Shown here: one piece after another, positions 1 to 9,221 of the stretch
Layout: every line of letters starts with the position of its first letter
Numbering within the stretch: the stretch's first letter is position 1
Assembly: GCA_964391595.1 (NCBI GenBank)
Contig: CAYMMM010000002.1
Location: forward strand, 16,843-80,842
Reading direction: 5' to 3'
Source of the DNA: an uncultured Candidatus Saccharibacteria bacterium
GTDB taxonomy: Bacteria > Patescibacteriota > Saccharimonadia > CAILAD01 > GCA-016700035
Length of the DNA stretch: 64,000 bases
The notes under the pieces: model-generated
The model's database searches: none
What the model was told of the DNA's origin: nothing
The model's input: only the letters and a program-made list of their open reading frames with translations
Made by a program: the position numbers and the translations under genes

Positions 1-918
1 ATTGCAGTCGCTTATGTCACAGCTCACGACCTGCGTAGAGCCGTCGCTTTTTGCATACTCCATCTTCATGAGATTCTGAAGTGCATATTTATTACTAGTA
101 CTTGTACCATCCGTGAAGTCTTTGGGCATCTTACAGCTATACCCTGCTGGACTTGCAGTCTGACACTTCGCATCAACGACGCTATTGAGATCGACATCAT
201 TGCGTGTAGACCAGTTTGAGAAATCAGTCACATTAGTGCCTGTTTCGAGCTCTGCTGGAGACAATAGCACACTGCGCACAGGTAGTGCCTTGCCATCGAC
301 CAACTTGTCAGTAGCGGGAATACCTGCTTTCGGGTACCATATGCCGGTCACCTGCATTACAGCAGCCCTGCCCTCCCATGCGCTAGAGGTTGGAAGCGCT
401 TTATTCCCCTGTACAGCAGCGCCTATCGCGTTTGCGCTGTCGTAATCTGACTTATTCCACTCTAGTGACATGTATTTGATCGAAACCGCATTATTGCTCG
501 CGTTTTTTGCTTTGCTCAGATCAATTGTCACCGCCTGATCCTTGTCGAGTCTACCTTCGACGGAGTTTGATTCGAGTGAGATTGTGCGACAGGTCCACGC
601 AGCATTTGCGCTTGTGTCACCAATCTGGTGGGGGTCGCCTCCATCGCTCTGGTTGCAAGTCTTCTCGTTCTCAGCGAAACCAATATCATCGTTGAGCCGA
701 CGAACGGCATCCTCCACACCTGCCTGTGCGGCGTAGAGAGCCCGATTCGACTGATCGGTTGCAATCGACTGCTTCACTTCACGCGTAGCAATCGTAGTCA
801 AGCCGACGAACAGTACGATCAGTACTGCTGAAATTGCCACGGTAGTCAGCAATGCTGCCGAACCCTGGTGACGAGCCCTCAAATATCGTTTCACTCGATG
901 AACCATAACTAGTTTCAT
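1..918 (-). CDS. PilX-like minor pilin/pseudopilin. ATG at 916-918; reading frame stays open to position 1, so the C-terminus is truncated by the window edge.
   Basis: I translated the minus frame by hand: MKLVMVHRVKRYLRARHQGSAALLTTVAISAVLIVLFVGL..., a basic N-terminus followed by a hydrophobic helix. This resembles PilX (QRGxALIVxL). It is the last gene of the minor-pilin string. The supplied ORF track does not list it because no stop codon lies inside the window. Confidence 0.5.
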   Translation of the reverse strand, partial: MKLVMVHRVKRYLRARHQGSAALLTTVAISAVLIVLFVGLTTIATREVKQSIATDQSNRALYAAQAGVEDAVRRLNDDIGFAENEKTCNQSDGGDPHQIGDTSANAAWTCRTISLESNSVEGRLDKDQAVTIDLSKAKNASNNAVSIKYMSLEWNKSDYDSANAIGAAVQGNKALPTSSAWEGRAAVMQVTGIWYPKAGIPATDKLVDGKALPVRSVLLSPAELETGTNVTDFSNWSTRNDVDLNSVVDAKCQTASPAGYSCKMPKDFTDGTSTSNKYALQNLMKMEYAKSDGSTQVVSCDISDCN

Positions 919-957
919 AGTACTACAATCTGGCGTGCCTGCAAACGCCTACAGGTG

Positions 958-1572
958 CTACTGGTGCACAACATGTGTTGTAAGCACAGTTGATGCAGCA
1001 AAGGTATCGGTATTCGCCGCATCAGGATCACACGGGTTACGTTCCCCATGTGAGACACGGACCGTCACCTTCCAGGTCTTCGGCTCGACTGCCTTACCCT
1101 CATTGGCATCTTCTATTGTAAATGCATCTGTACAGCTAGGTGAGACTGATGTTGACCAGACTGGCGATGGTACAAGTAGCTGATAGTCATTTAGTGAGCT
1201 GCAGGACTGAAGCCGCGCGAGGTGCGCCTTCCCATCACTCATCTGGAGCAGTGCATACCCACGATCGACACCCCCTCGATCATCTTTGAGACACGTCACG
1301 GTATTTGTACTAGCGCCAGTAGTAGTAAGTGGACCGTTCTTCACTTCTATTTCACTCGTGTGCCCAAGATCACGGGAGAGTACGCTTATCGCATCACGCG
1401 CCGCACTCTGGGTACGCGTCAGCCCCTGGGCGCGGTTGTAAAGTCCAAGGATATTGACGAAGCTTAGTGTCGCACCAAGTACCAAAGCCGATAAAAAAGC
1501 AATCGAAAACATCAGCTCGATAAGCGTGTAGCCGCGGCGGTTGGTGTGGGTTAATGTAGGTCTCTTCATCAT
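958..1572 (-). CDS. Prepilin-type minor pilin (PilW/PilV-like position)
   Basis: N-terminus MMKRPTLTHTNRRG|YTLIELMFSIAFL carries the class III signal/N-methylation motif (G|xTLIEL). It lies inside the pilin gene string. Confidence 0.6.
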   Translation of the reverse strand: MMKRPTLTHTNRRGYTLIELMFSIAFLSALVLGATLSFVNILGLYNRAQGLTRTQSAARDAISVLSRDLGHTSEIEVKNGPLTTTGASTNTVTCLKDDRGGVDRGYALLQMSDGKAHLARLQSCSSLNDYQLLVPSPVWSTSVSPSCTDAFTIEDANEGKAVEPKTWKVTVRVSHGERNPCDPDAANTDTFAASTVLTTHVVHQ

Positions 1573-1573
1573 C

Positions 1574-2164
1574 TTATTCCGTTGGCGCCAGTAGTTGTGT
1601 GGTAGCGATCAGTTGGCTATCTGGATTGCCATTTGCATCATTCCAGCTCACTTTCGCTTGCAAATCAACAGCCGCCACGCCCAAAGGATCACAATTATTC
1701 GGTGCTGCAGGCGGTACGGTTGGTGAAGCAGTTGATTCTCCCACGCAATACAGCCTTTTTGGTGTCACACTATATGTATAGCTGGTGCTGGCGTCTCCCG
1801 GGACGGTAAGGGCTTTGGGGCCATCCTCTATCTTCCACACGCAATCTTCGGTATTGTCACATTTTTCTATACGAACTTCTGGAACACTACCGGCCGGTGG
1901 GTAGAGCTTGCTTAGAAAAACATTCCAATCCATGCGTTCTTGATTTGTAGTTGAATCAGTCATATCTCGGAAGCCACGCAGACGCTCCAGCTGATCTTGC
2001 GCCACATACTGCGCCTGAGTGCGCTGATTTGCAGATACAGCAGTGCGCCATGCGCGCAAGGCTGAAGCATACGCCACCGTCAGCACCGAGCCGATAATCG
2101 CAAAAGCAAACAAGATCTCGATGAGCGTCATGCCGCGCGGCCGAGTGTGAGACGAGCTTCGCAT
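1574..2164 (-). CDS. Prepilin-type minor pilin
   Basis: N-terminus MRSSSHTRPRG|MTLIEILFAFAII is a prepilin leader followed by a hydrophobic helix. It is translationally coupled to its neighbours (2-bp gap on one side, 1-bp overlap on the other). Confidence 0.6.
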   Translation of the reverse strand: MRSSSHTRPRGMTLIEILFAFAIIGSVLTVAYASALRAWRTAVSANQRTQAQYVAQDQLERLRGFRDMTDSTTNQERMDWNVFLSKLYPPAGSVPEVRIEKCDNTEDCVWKIEDGPKALTVPGDASTSYTYSVTPKRLYCVGESTASPTVPPAAPNNCDPLGVAAVDLQAKVSWNDANGNPDSQLIATTQLLAPTE

Positions 2165-2889
2165 CAGTGTGTCACCAGCCTATATGATGTATTTTTGAAG
2201 TTGAATACAATCTCAGCATGAAACCTCGGGTCGCTACCATTTTTCTCGACACTGACGAACTGCAAAACCAAACCGCAAGGTGAGCTTGCAGTTGCTCCCC
2301 CTGGTGTGGAGTGATCACCGCCCCAATTTGCGTAGTTTACAGACGGACCACCCGCTTGAAACTGATTAAATGCAACTGGCTCACGACGAAAGGTCACGGT
2401 TTGTGGAGGCCTAGGAATCTCAGGAAGAATATTATAGTTTGATAATACATCAGGATCATTGAGCTTCATGCAGTCCAAATTCTCCGAACCACGATACACG
2501 ATACCATTCGGCAGGAAAGCATCAATCTTAGGGCTAAAGGTGTCTGCAGGCGCAATGCCATTAGGCAAGATTCCGGCATCATCATACTCCGCCATATAGA
2601 GCCCCGACACAATGTGTCGATCATTACTCGGATCGAGCGTGACAGCCGATGCAAATATCTGATGATTTGGAGGAAGCGGATTTGGAAGCTCATTCGTATT
2701 AATGCCAGTTTGCACGAGCTTGATCTGAGACTCGATCTGACGCACCCCATCATAGAACTGCGCGCTGGCCTGTGAGCTGTACCACATAAAAGACCCCGCC
2801 ACGAGCAATGACGACAGCGCAAGAGTAATCGTAAGCTCGATCACAGTGAGCCCTGTAGGATAATACTGTCTCGGTGTAAGGCGTCCCAT
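2164..2889 (-). CDS. Prepilin-type minor pilin (FimT/FimU-like position)
   Basis: N-terminus MGRLTPRQYYPTG|LTVIELTITLALSSLL is a prepilin leader plus hydrophobic helix. It is the first gene after pilD. Confidence 0.55.
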   Translation of the reverse strand: MGRLTPRQYYPTGLTVIELTITLALSSLLVAGSFMWYSSQASAQFYDGVRQIESQIKLVQTGINTNELPNPLPPNHQIFASAVTLDPSNDRHIVSGLYMAEYDDAGILPNGIAPADTFSPKIDAFLPNGIVYRGSENLDCMKLNDPDVLSNYNILPEIPRPPQTVTFRREPVAFNQFQAGGPSVNYANWGGDHSTPGGATASSPCGLVLQFVSVEKNGSDPRFHAEIVFNFKNTSYRLVTH

Positions 2890-2942
2890 ATCTCTTAGCA
2901 GTATACCACTTGTGCTTTGGTGTGGTCAGGTCTGAGCGCGGT

Positions 2943-3752
2943 CTATCCAAGCAAACGGAGATATAGATCCAGCAAACGATCCCCCCAGAAATACCCGACA
3001 TACATACCGATAATCAAGAATGGCCCGAAGGCAATCACATCCTTGCGCGTCTTGAGCTTGAGCGCAATGAGCAAAATCCCGACAAACGCACCGATGAAAT
3101 ACGTGGCAAATATCCCTACAACCAGCTGCGACGGTGTCAGCATGAGCCCCATAAGCACCGCCAGACGAATATCGCCGTCCCCGATCCACTTCTCCCCCGA
3201 TCCGTACCACATAAGTGTATAAAAGCCGCCAAAGAGCGCTGCTCCTATGAGTTGAGAAATCGCCAGACTCGACTCGTGATACCCAAACCAACGCACCAGT
3301 AGCCAGACGAGAGCCACGCCAATTGCCGGAAACATGAACTCGTCTGGAAGCTCTAGGTGTAGCCAATCATAGACGAAGGCGGCGATCATCAACGTCGTCA
3401 CGATGACCCAAACGCCGAAGGTGGCAATCGAGCGCAGGTCAGTCGGATTGACAGAGACAAAGAGCCCGATCCAGGCACCTGCAGTCGCCAGCTCAACCAG
3501 CGGATACTGCCAGCTGATGCGCTTGTGACAGGTGCGGCACTTCCCGCGCAAAGCCATAAAGCTCAGCACCGGTATCAGCTCGTACCATGCCAGCTGGCGA
3601 TGGCAGTGGGTGCACTTGCTCCTACCTTGTGAGACCTTCTTGCCATGCGCCATGCGCCAGATCCAGGCATTGAGAAAGCTGCCGATGAGGAGGCCATAGA
3701 TACCGACGAGTACCGAGATAAGAATAAGCGGTGTCTGCATGCCTACCATCAT
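2943..3752 (-). CDS. pilD: Prepilin peptidase / N-methyltransferase PilD (A24 family)
   Basis: Polytopic membrane protein with the N-terminal Zn tetracysteine motif CTHC...CRTC and conserved Asp regions. It sits next to the pilin genes. Confidence 0.85.
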   Translation of the reverse strand: MMVGMQTPLILISVLVGIYGLLIGSFLNAWIWRMAHGKKVSQGRSKCTHCHRQLAWYELIPVLSFMALRGKCRTCHKRISWQYPLVELATAGAWIGLFVSVNPTDLRSIATFGVWVIVTTLMIAAFVYDWLHLELPDEFMFPAIGVALVWLLVRWFGYHESSLAISQLIGAALFGGFYTLMWYGSGEKWIGDGDIRLAVLMGLMLTPSQLVVGIFATYFIGAFVGILLIALKLKTRKDVIAFGPFLIIGMYVGYFWGDRLLDLYLRLLG

Positions 3753-3829
3753 ACAATATCTCGGATGAGCTTCTGCACGCTCGTACTAAAAAAGGCCCGA
3801 AGACCTCATTTAGTAAGATATGCGAGAAC

Positions 3830-4273
3830 TTACGGCCCTACTGAAGTGGATACTGAAGTGGATACCGTAACGCTACTATCGCCGGTATATGTATCACCTG
3901 ATTCTAGGCATATGTTACCGACCTTATTCACACCAACTGACGTTAGCCAGATGGTGGTACGATCTGTTGAATTTTTACAGTCGATCACATTATCATTTGT
4001 GCTTAAGGTCATAGTTATGCCTTGCACTTTCAGATTCGTAACATACCCCCCGAGGTCATTCGCATGTGTCGGCTGATCTCCGCTGTGATTTCCGGCGTAC
4101 GCCTGAGCTGCTGCAGTCACTTGGTTGACGAGATTCTTGCGAGCGTTGTCTCGCTGTGCACGCTGTGCTCCTTGTACGGCGAAGAATACACCTACCATGA
4201 TCAAGGCAGCGATAGCCAGCACGATCACGACTTCGATCAGTGTAAAGCCTTTTCTTACTTTGTTGTTATTCAT
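3830..4273 (-). CDS. Major pilin (PilA-like) with an S/T-rich C-terminal tail
   Basis: MNNNKVRKG|FTLIEVVIVLAIAALIMVGV is a canonical type IVa prepilin leader. The protein is short (147 aa), which fits a major pilin. It lies between pilC and pilD. Confidence 0.75.
   Translation of the reverse strand: MNNNKVRKGFTLIEVVIVLAIAALIMVGVFFAVQGAQRAQRDNARKNLVNQVTAAAQAYAGNHSGDQPTHANDLGGYVTNLKVQGITMTLSTNDNVIDCKNSTDRTTIWLTSVGVNKVGNICLESGDTYTGDSSVTVSTSVSTSVGP
3842..3865. repeat. Perfect tandem 12-bp repeat (actgaagtggat x2) encoding STSVSTSV at the pilin C-terminus
   Basis: Direct reading of 3841-3865. The repeat lies in frame with the pilA-like CDS. Confidence 0.8.
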
Positions 4274-4355
4274 AATTGCTCATTCCTCCGAAATAAAAAT
4301 GCGACCGATTAAATGCTTATGCTTATCATATCAAAACACCGATTGGCGTCAACCA

Positions 4356-5564
4356 CTACAGCCCCCCGCCAACCAAGGCATACACTGGATACAGAATACC
4401 AAGGATGATGACCATCACCATGAAGCCAAGAAAGATAATGATAATCGGCTCGATAAGGGTTGAGATGTTCTTGATTAGCTGATCGACCTCGTTCTCATAG
4501 AAGGAAGCCAGCTTATCGAGCATCTCACCCATCGTGCCTGAGTCTTCGCCGACCTTGACCATCTGCCCGACCAGTGGCAAGAAATATTCTGTCTTGCCAA
4601 GCGCATCTGACAGGGCGCGCCCCGACTTCACTTGCTCTGCGACAACCCGTGTCTCAGCCTCAAGGATGAGATTATTCACACTATCACCGACCAGCTTAAG
4701 CGCCTCAAGGATTGGAATACCACTACTTGTGAGCCCACCAAGCGTGCGTGCGAAGCGAGACATATACATCTTCGTAAAAAGTTGGTTCATCGGCGGGAGG
4801 ACCAATTTCGCGCGGTCCATCACCTTGCGCCCATTGTGTGACTTGAAGTAGATATACAGACCATAGATCACAGCGGCAATCGCAGGGATGATAATCAACC
4901 AATACTTCCCGAAGATATCAGTGGTACTTATGATTACTTGAGTCAAAAACGGCAATGTTTTATTAAAGCTCTTATACAGCGCGGAAATCTGCGGCACCAC
5001 ACTCGAGAGCATATAAATGAGCACCCCGATGATAACTACCATAACTAGGGCTGGGTAGACCAAGGCGCCGCGGATCTTGGACAAGATCTCGGCTTCTTTC
5101 TCTATCTGATCAGCCAGTCGCAGCATAGTTGTATCAAGTGATCCGCTCGCTTCTCCAGCTTGCACCATAGCGACATAAATGTGGTTGAAGCAATCTGGAT
5201 ACTGTGCCAAAGCCTGCGAAAATGCCGTACCTCCCTCTACCGACTTGGAGATGCGAAAAATGATATTTTGCAGTTTTTTATTATCAACTTGCCCGAGCGT
5301 ACTATTGAGCGCTGTGCCGACGGGCAATCCAGCCTTGATGAGCGTAGCCATCTGACGCGTAAAGATTACGCGAGCTTTGAGGGGCACATGCCCAGACGTC
5401 GCTCCTGCACCGAGTACGCTACCAGATTTTGGCTTGATCTCAACTGGATAGAGTTTTTGCTTCAGAAGCAACTTACCGGCTGCCATCTCGCTATCAGCCG
5501 AAATCAAGCCTTCAATCACGCGACCGGTGACAGTATCTTTGGCTTTGTAGCGATAATCAATCAT
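4356..5564 (-). CDS. pilC: Type IV pilus platform protein PilC (GspF family)
   Basis: 402 aa with the two repeated T2SF domains and three TM segments characteristic of PilC/GspF. It sits between pilT and pilA. Confidence 0.9.
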   Translation of the reverse strand: MIDYRYKAKDTVTGRVIEGLISADSEMAAGKLLLKQKLYPVEIKPKSGSVLGAGATSGHVPLKARVIFTRQMATLIKAGLPVGTALNSTLGQVDNKKLQNIIFRISKSVEGGTAFSQALAQYPDCFNHIYVAMVQAGEASGSLDTTMLRLADQIEKEAEILSKIRGALVYPALVMVVIIGVLIYMLSSVVPQISALYKSFNKTLPFLTQVIISTTDIFGKYWLIIIPAIAAVIYGLYIYFKSHNGRKVMDRAKLVLPPMNQLFTKMYMSRFARTLGGLTSSGIPILEALKLVGDSVNNLILEAETRVVAEQVKSGRALSDALGKTEYFLPLVGQMVKVGEDSGTMGEMLDKLASFYENEVDQLIKNISTLIEPIIIIFLGFMVMVIILGILYPVYALVGGGL

Positions 5565-5573
5565 TCGCGCCCC

Positions 5574-7100
5574 CTATCGCCGCATCAGACGATCAAATTC
5601 ATCAAGATTCACCGCGTAGTACTTTGCTTCTTCGTAGCTGATCTTCCCTTCCTGGACGAGGTGCCCAAGCGTTGCATCCATGGATTGCATGCCAAACTCA
5701 GCACCCGTCTGAATCATGCCGTCTATTTGGTGAGTCTTGCCCTGTCGAATCACATTGCGCACAGCCGGAGTCACCATAAGGATTTCAGCTGCAGCCAGGC
5801 GTCCGCCGCCAATCATCGGCACCAGACGCTGCGCGACAATCCCTTGCAAGATACCGGAGAGCTGTATGCGAATCTGCTGCTGCTGGTGGGGTGGGAAGAC
5901 ATCGATCATACGATCAATTGAGCTAGCTGCGGAGTTGGTGTGCAATGTCGCGAGCACTAAGTGACCCGTCTCGGCCACTGTAATGGCGGTAGAGATGGTT
6001 TCGAGGTCGCGCATCTCACCGATCAAAACTACATCTGGGTCTTCGCGCAAAGCACTACGCAAAGCGGCCGCAAAGCTCGGTGTATCGAAGTGTACCTCAC
6101 GCTGAACGACAATCGACTTCTTATGGTGGTGTTGGTATTCGATCGGGTCCTCGATAGTAATGATGTGCATTGCCTTCTCACGATTGATCTTGTCGACCAT
6201 GGCAGCCAGTGACGTGCTCTTCCCGGAGCCCGTGGGCCCTGTCACAAGCACCAAGCCACGCGGAAACTCGGTCATTTTGTTGACGATCGCAGGTAAGCCT
6301 AGCTCTTCGACCGTACGAATCTTGTTTGGGATGAGACGGAATGCACTTGCGGGGTTCCCCTTCTCATGGAAGGCATTAACACGAAAGCGACCGAGATCAC
6401 CATACGCAAATGAGAAGTCAATTTCTTTGTCGTGGGTATAGATTTCTTTTTGATCGTCGTCGAGCAAGCCAAAAATTATTGAGTCAATATCATCGGCGCT
6501 CAGCTCTTTGCTGCTTCGTATCGGAGTAAGCGCTCCATCTACGCGCAGCATGGCGGGCAAACCCACTTGCAAATGTATATCAGATGCATCACGGCGAATC
6601 ACTTCTTCTAGGTAGGGCTCGATCGAGGCGTTCCCCCCGCTCGAACGAATATTGTGCACTTGATCAGCCTCAGATACAGCTGGAGCGTTCTTAGAGTCTG
6701 GGAGCATTTCATTACCCATCTCTGCTGGCGAGCTCGCAGAAGATACTGATGGTGCAGAGGTAGCACTAGTGCTAATATTCGCGCTGTTCTGCTGAGGTGA
6801 TGGCGGCAGTGAGGGAGGCATGGACAAGTCCTCGTCATCGAGACCAGTAGAAGGCATGATGATTGGGTTCGCCTGGGCGTCAGCAGAGCCTGTAGCTACG
6901 GCTGGCGCTATATTCTCTACCATTGGCTGAGCCGCCGAGGGAACTGCTTGATTCGAGGTGGCAAGAGGGTTTTGCGCACTCACTATACCCGCTGTCGTCA
7001 AACCATCCGTCGCACTGGATGGCGCCGACGGCATACTCCCAGCTTGCAGAGGCTGAGGCGCTGCGGGGGGCATAGATGGGGTTGTGTTCGTTGGGGGCAT
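5574..7100 (-). CDS. pilT: Twitching-motility retraction ATPase PilT with a ~160-aa Pro/Ser/Ala-rich N-terminal extension
   Basis: The core starting at ...IEPYLEEVIRRDASDIHLQVGLPAMLRVDG carries a Walker A motif (GPTGSGKST), a Walker B motif, the Asp box and the His box of the PilT family. The residues ahead of the core are low-complexity. Confidence 0.85.
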   Translation of the reverse strand: MPPTNTTPSMPPAAPQPLQAGSMPSAPSSATDGLTTAGIVSAQNPLATSNQAVPSAAQPMVENIAPAVATGSADAQANPIIMPSTGLDDEDLSMPPSLPPSPQQNSANISTSATSAPSVSSASSPAEMGNEMLPDSKNAPAVSEADQVHNIRSSGGNASIEPYLEEVIRRDASDIHLQVGLPAMLRVDGALTPIRSSKELSADDIDSIIFGLLDDDQKEIYTHDKEIDFSFAYGDLGRFRVNAFHEKGNPASAFRLIPNKIRTVEELGLPAIVNKMTEFPRGLVLVTGPTGSGKSTSLAAMVDKINREKAMHIITIEDPIEYQHHHKKSIVVQREVHFDTPSFAAALRSALREDPDVVLIGEMRDLETISTAITVAETGHLVLATLHTNSAASSIDRMIDVFPPHQQQQIRIQLSGILQGIVAQRLVPMIGGGRLAAAEILMVTPAVRNVIRQGKTHQIDGMIQTGAEFGMQSMDATLGHLVQEGKISYEEAKYYAVNLDEFDRLMRR

Positions 7101-7140
7101 ACGTATTGGTAGATTCGTTGTGTTGTCGCTCTTCTGCGAC

Positions 7141-8931
7141 TTAATATTCAGTAGCGACGCGCGATACTTCCTCGATAGTCGAGATCCCAGTCAGGGCCTT
7201 AAGGAAGCCGTCTTGTTGCATTGTAAGCATGCCATCCTTCACTGCCTGATCCTGAATCTCGGTCGTTGTAGCATGTGAGAGCAAGAGCTTCTCCATAGCT
7301 GGGTTCATATTGTAGACCTCAAAGATCCCAATGCGACCAGCGTAGCCGTCCTTACAATCGCTACAGCCTTCCCCCTTATATAAAGTATAAGCGGTTTCAC
7401 TGTATAAGGGCAAACCTTCGTACCCATACTCCTGAGCCTTGGCCTTCAATTCCGCATTAGTCTTTGGTAGGAAGCCACCGATCACTTTGTTGATCATCTG
7501 GATAGCTGCGGGCGATGCGGCATACGGCTTCTTACACTTCTGGCAGACCTGCCGAACCAAACGCTGCCCGATGACGGTGTTTACCGTAGAAGCGATCAGG
7601 AAGGGCTCGATCTTCATGTCGAGAAGGCGCGGCAACACACCAGACGCGGAGTTGGTATGCAATGTCGAGAGTACAGTATGTCCTGTGAGTGCCGCTTGCA
7701 CAGCAAGGTCGGCCGTCTCGGAGTCACGGATCTCCCCTACCAACACAACATTTGGATCTTGTCGCAAGATCGAACGTAACCCATTCGCGAAGGTTAGGCC
7801 CACGGCGGTATTCACTTGAATTTGGTTGATCCCCTCCATCTTGTACTCCACCGGATCTTCAAGAGTCACAATGTTGAGCGTCACACTCTTGATAGCCTGT
7901 ACAACCGCGTAGAGTGTGGTCGACTTACCTGAGCCAGTCGGACCAGTCGAAAGGATCATGCCGTGGGGCTTGTGCATTCCTTCCTGGATCAATCTCAGAC
8001 TCAGCCCGCGAAAGCCAAGTACATCGAGCGTGATCTGGTGAGCATTTTTGTCCAAGATACGAATAACGACTTGCTCACCGTATGTGATTGGGGCGATTGC
8101 AATACGAAGATCCACCTCTCGCCCTTCATACATGTAGATCGCTTGACCATCCTGGGTCATGCGATGCTCATCGATCTTGAGGTTCGACAAGATTTTGATA
8201 CGTGAAATGAGTGCTGCTTCAGTAGACTTTGGAAGCGTCATTACCTCTTGTAGCAGCCCGTCGACGCGAAAACGAATCTTCAGCTCATGCTGACGTGGCT
8301 CGACGTGAATATCGGAAGCCTTTGAGTTAATCGCGTACTCGAGAATAGTATTGAGCGCACGGGTAATTGGCGCGTCTTGAACGATATCCTGAGAAGCCTT
8401 AGTTTGCTGTGTGGCCTTCGTGGCAGCTGCTTCGTCTTTGTCGGCCAGCGCGACATCCTTCAATACATCTGCGACTTCCTTGCTATACCGCTCCGTGTAC
8501 ATACCGAGGACATGATTAATGCCCGCTTCAGAGGCGATGTATGTTGTAATCGGATAGCCAGATTTGCGTGAGATAAAATCAATCACCTGTAGGTTGGTCG
8601 GATCAAGCATCGCGACATTGAGCGTACCATTTGAGATGCCAAAAGGTACCGCCATATATTCTCGGGCTGTCTCAAGCGGCATAAGCTCGGTGAGCTTTTT
8701 ATCAATCGCCTTATCGAGATGTAAGAGATCGGCAAATGGGATCTTCTTAGCAATGGCGATCATCTTCACGGAGTCTTCTTCGTTGATCGCCTTCATGTCT
8801 AGCAACACTTGAAGTAAACCACGATTTTCTTTGACTGCGCGCAGTTTTGCAATCTCAAGCACATCCGGCTGCACGAGCTTGCCTTTTGTGATCAGAGTCT
8901 CGATTTGGCGCTGATTATCTAGCGTCAGCAT
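7141..8931 (-). CDS. pilB: Type IV pilus assembly ATPase PilB (GspE family)
   Basis: 596 aa with N-terminal GSPII domains, a Walker A motif (GPTGSGKST) and a tetracysteine motif (CxxC...CxxC). Confidence 0.9.
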   Translation of the reverse strand: MLTLDNQRQIETLITKGKLVQPDVLEIAKLRAVKENRGLLQVLLDMKAINEEDSVKMIAIAKKIPFADLLHLDKAIDKKLTELMPLETAREYMAVPFGISNGTLNVAMLDPTNLQVIDFISRKSGYPITTYIASEAGINHVLGMYTERYSKEVADVLKDVALADKDEAAATKATQQTKASQDIVQDAPITRALNTILEYAINSKASDIHVEPRQHELKIRFRVDGLLQEVMTLPKSTEAALISRIKILSNLKIDEHRMTQDGQAIYMYEGREVDLRIAIAPITYGEQVVIRILDKNAHQITLDVLGFRGLSLRLIQEGMHKPHGMILSTGPTGSGKSTTLYAVVQAIKSVTLNIVTLEDPVEYKMEGINQIQVNTAVGLTFANGLRSILRQDPNVVLVGEIRDSETADLAVQAALTGHTVLSTLHTNSASGVLPRLLDMKIEPFLIASTVNTVIGQRLVRQVCQKCKKPYAASPAAIQMINKVIGGFLPKTNAELKAKAQEYGYEGLPLYSETAYTLYKGEGCSDCKDGYAGRIGIFEVYNMNPAMEKLLLSHATTTEIQDQAVKDGMLTMQQDGFLKALTGISTIEEVSRVATEY

Positions 8932-8939
8932 GCCACCCC

Positions 8940-9221
8940 CTACTGCCCAAAGATATTTTTATTGCCACCACATTTGTCTGGCTTGTCGATACACTTCTGT
9001 GGCGTAGAGTAGTCATTGAGGAGCTTGATGTCTTTGAGCTTATCGGCAGCGGTAGGCTTCGACGTACTTGCCTGATCGAGCGGAATCTTCACTGGACGAG
9101 GCACACTAACCTTAATACCACTATCTTGTGGTGCTGGCGCTAGCTGTGAATACAGAAGCACACCGGCAGCCACGAAGATCGCAATAGCTACAACCAGTCC
9201 AATCATATCGCGACGCTTCAT
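8940..9221 (-). CDS. Small single-TM protein in the pilMNO operon (PilP-like position)
   Basis: 93 aa, with an N-terminal TM segment (IGLVVAIAIFVAAGVLLY) and a C-terminal CxxxxxC pair. It overlaps the pilO stop codon. Confidence 0.4.
   Translation of the reverse strand: MKRRDMIGLVVAIAIFVAAGVLLYSQLAPAPQDSGIKVSVPRPVKIPLDQASTSKPTAADKLKDIKLLNDYSTPQKCIDKPDKCGGNKNIFGQ

Noticed and set aside
185-831. Short ORFs at the window start (185..445 +, 507..695 +, 528..764 -, 542..736 +, 628..831 +)
   Set aside because: Superseded by the continuous minus-strand PilX-like frame (1..918) that I translated by hand. That frame has a prepilin-like N-terminus and fits the operon context.
2466-3366. ORFs 2466..2822 -, 2750..3001 - and 2926..3366 - overlapping the minor pilin and pilD genes
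   Set aside because: They are alternative frames of strongly supported genes, and their Cys/Arg-rich composition is typical of frame-shifted noise.
3842-3865. Tandem 12-bp repeat considered as a CRISPR or other repeat array
   Set aside because: Only two units, in frame inside the pilin CDS, with no spacers. It is a coding micro-repeat, not a CRISPR array.
5160-5921. 253-aa plus-strand ORF antisense to pilC/pilT, together with other long antisense ORFs (26899..27492, 27020..27541, 28099..28707, 29596..30096, 43141..43749, 12132..12566, 45520..46038)
   Set aside because: Each lies entirely inside a well-supported gene on the opposite strand, has no recognisable motif, and has odd composition. 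They are by-products of codon bias in the opposite frame.
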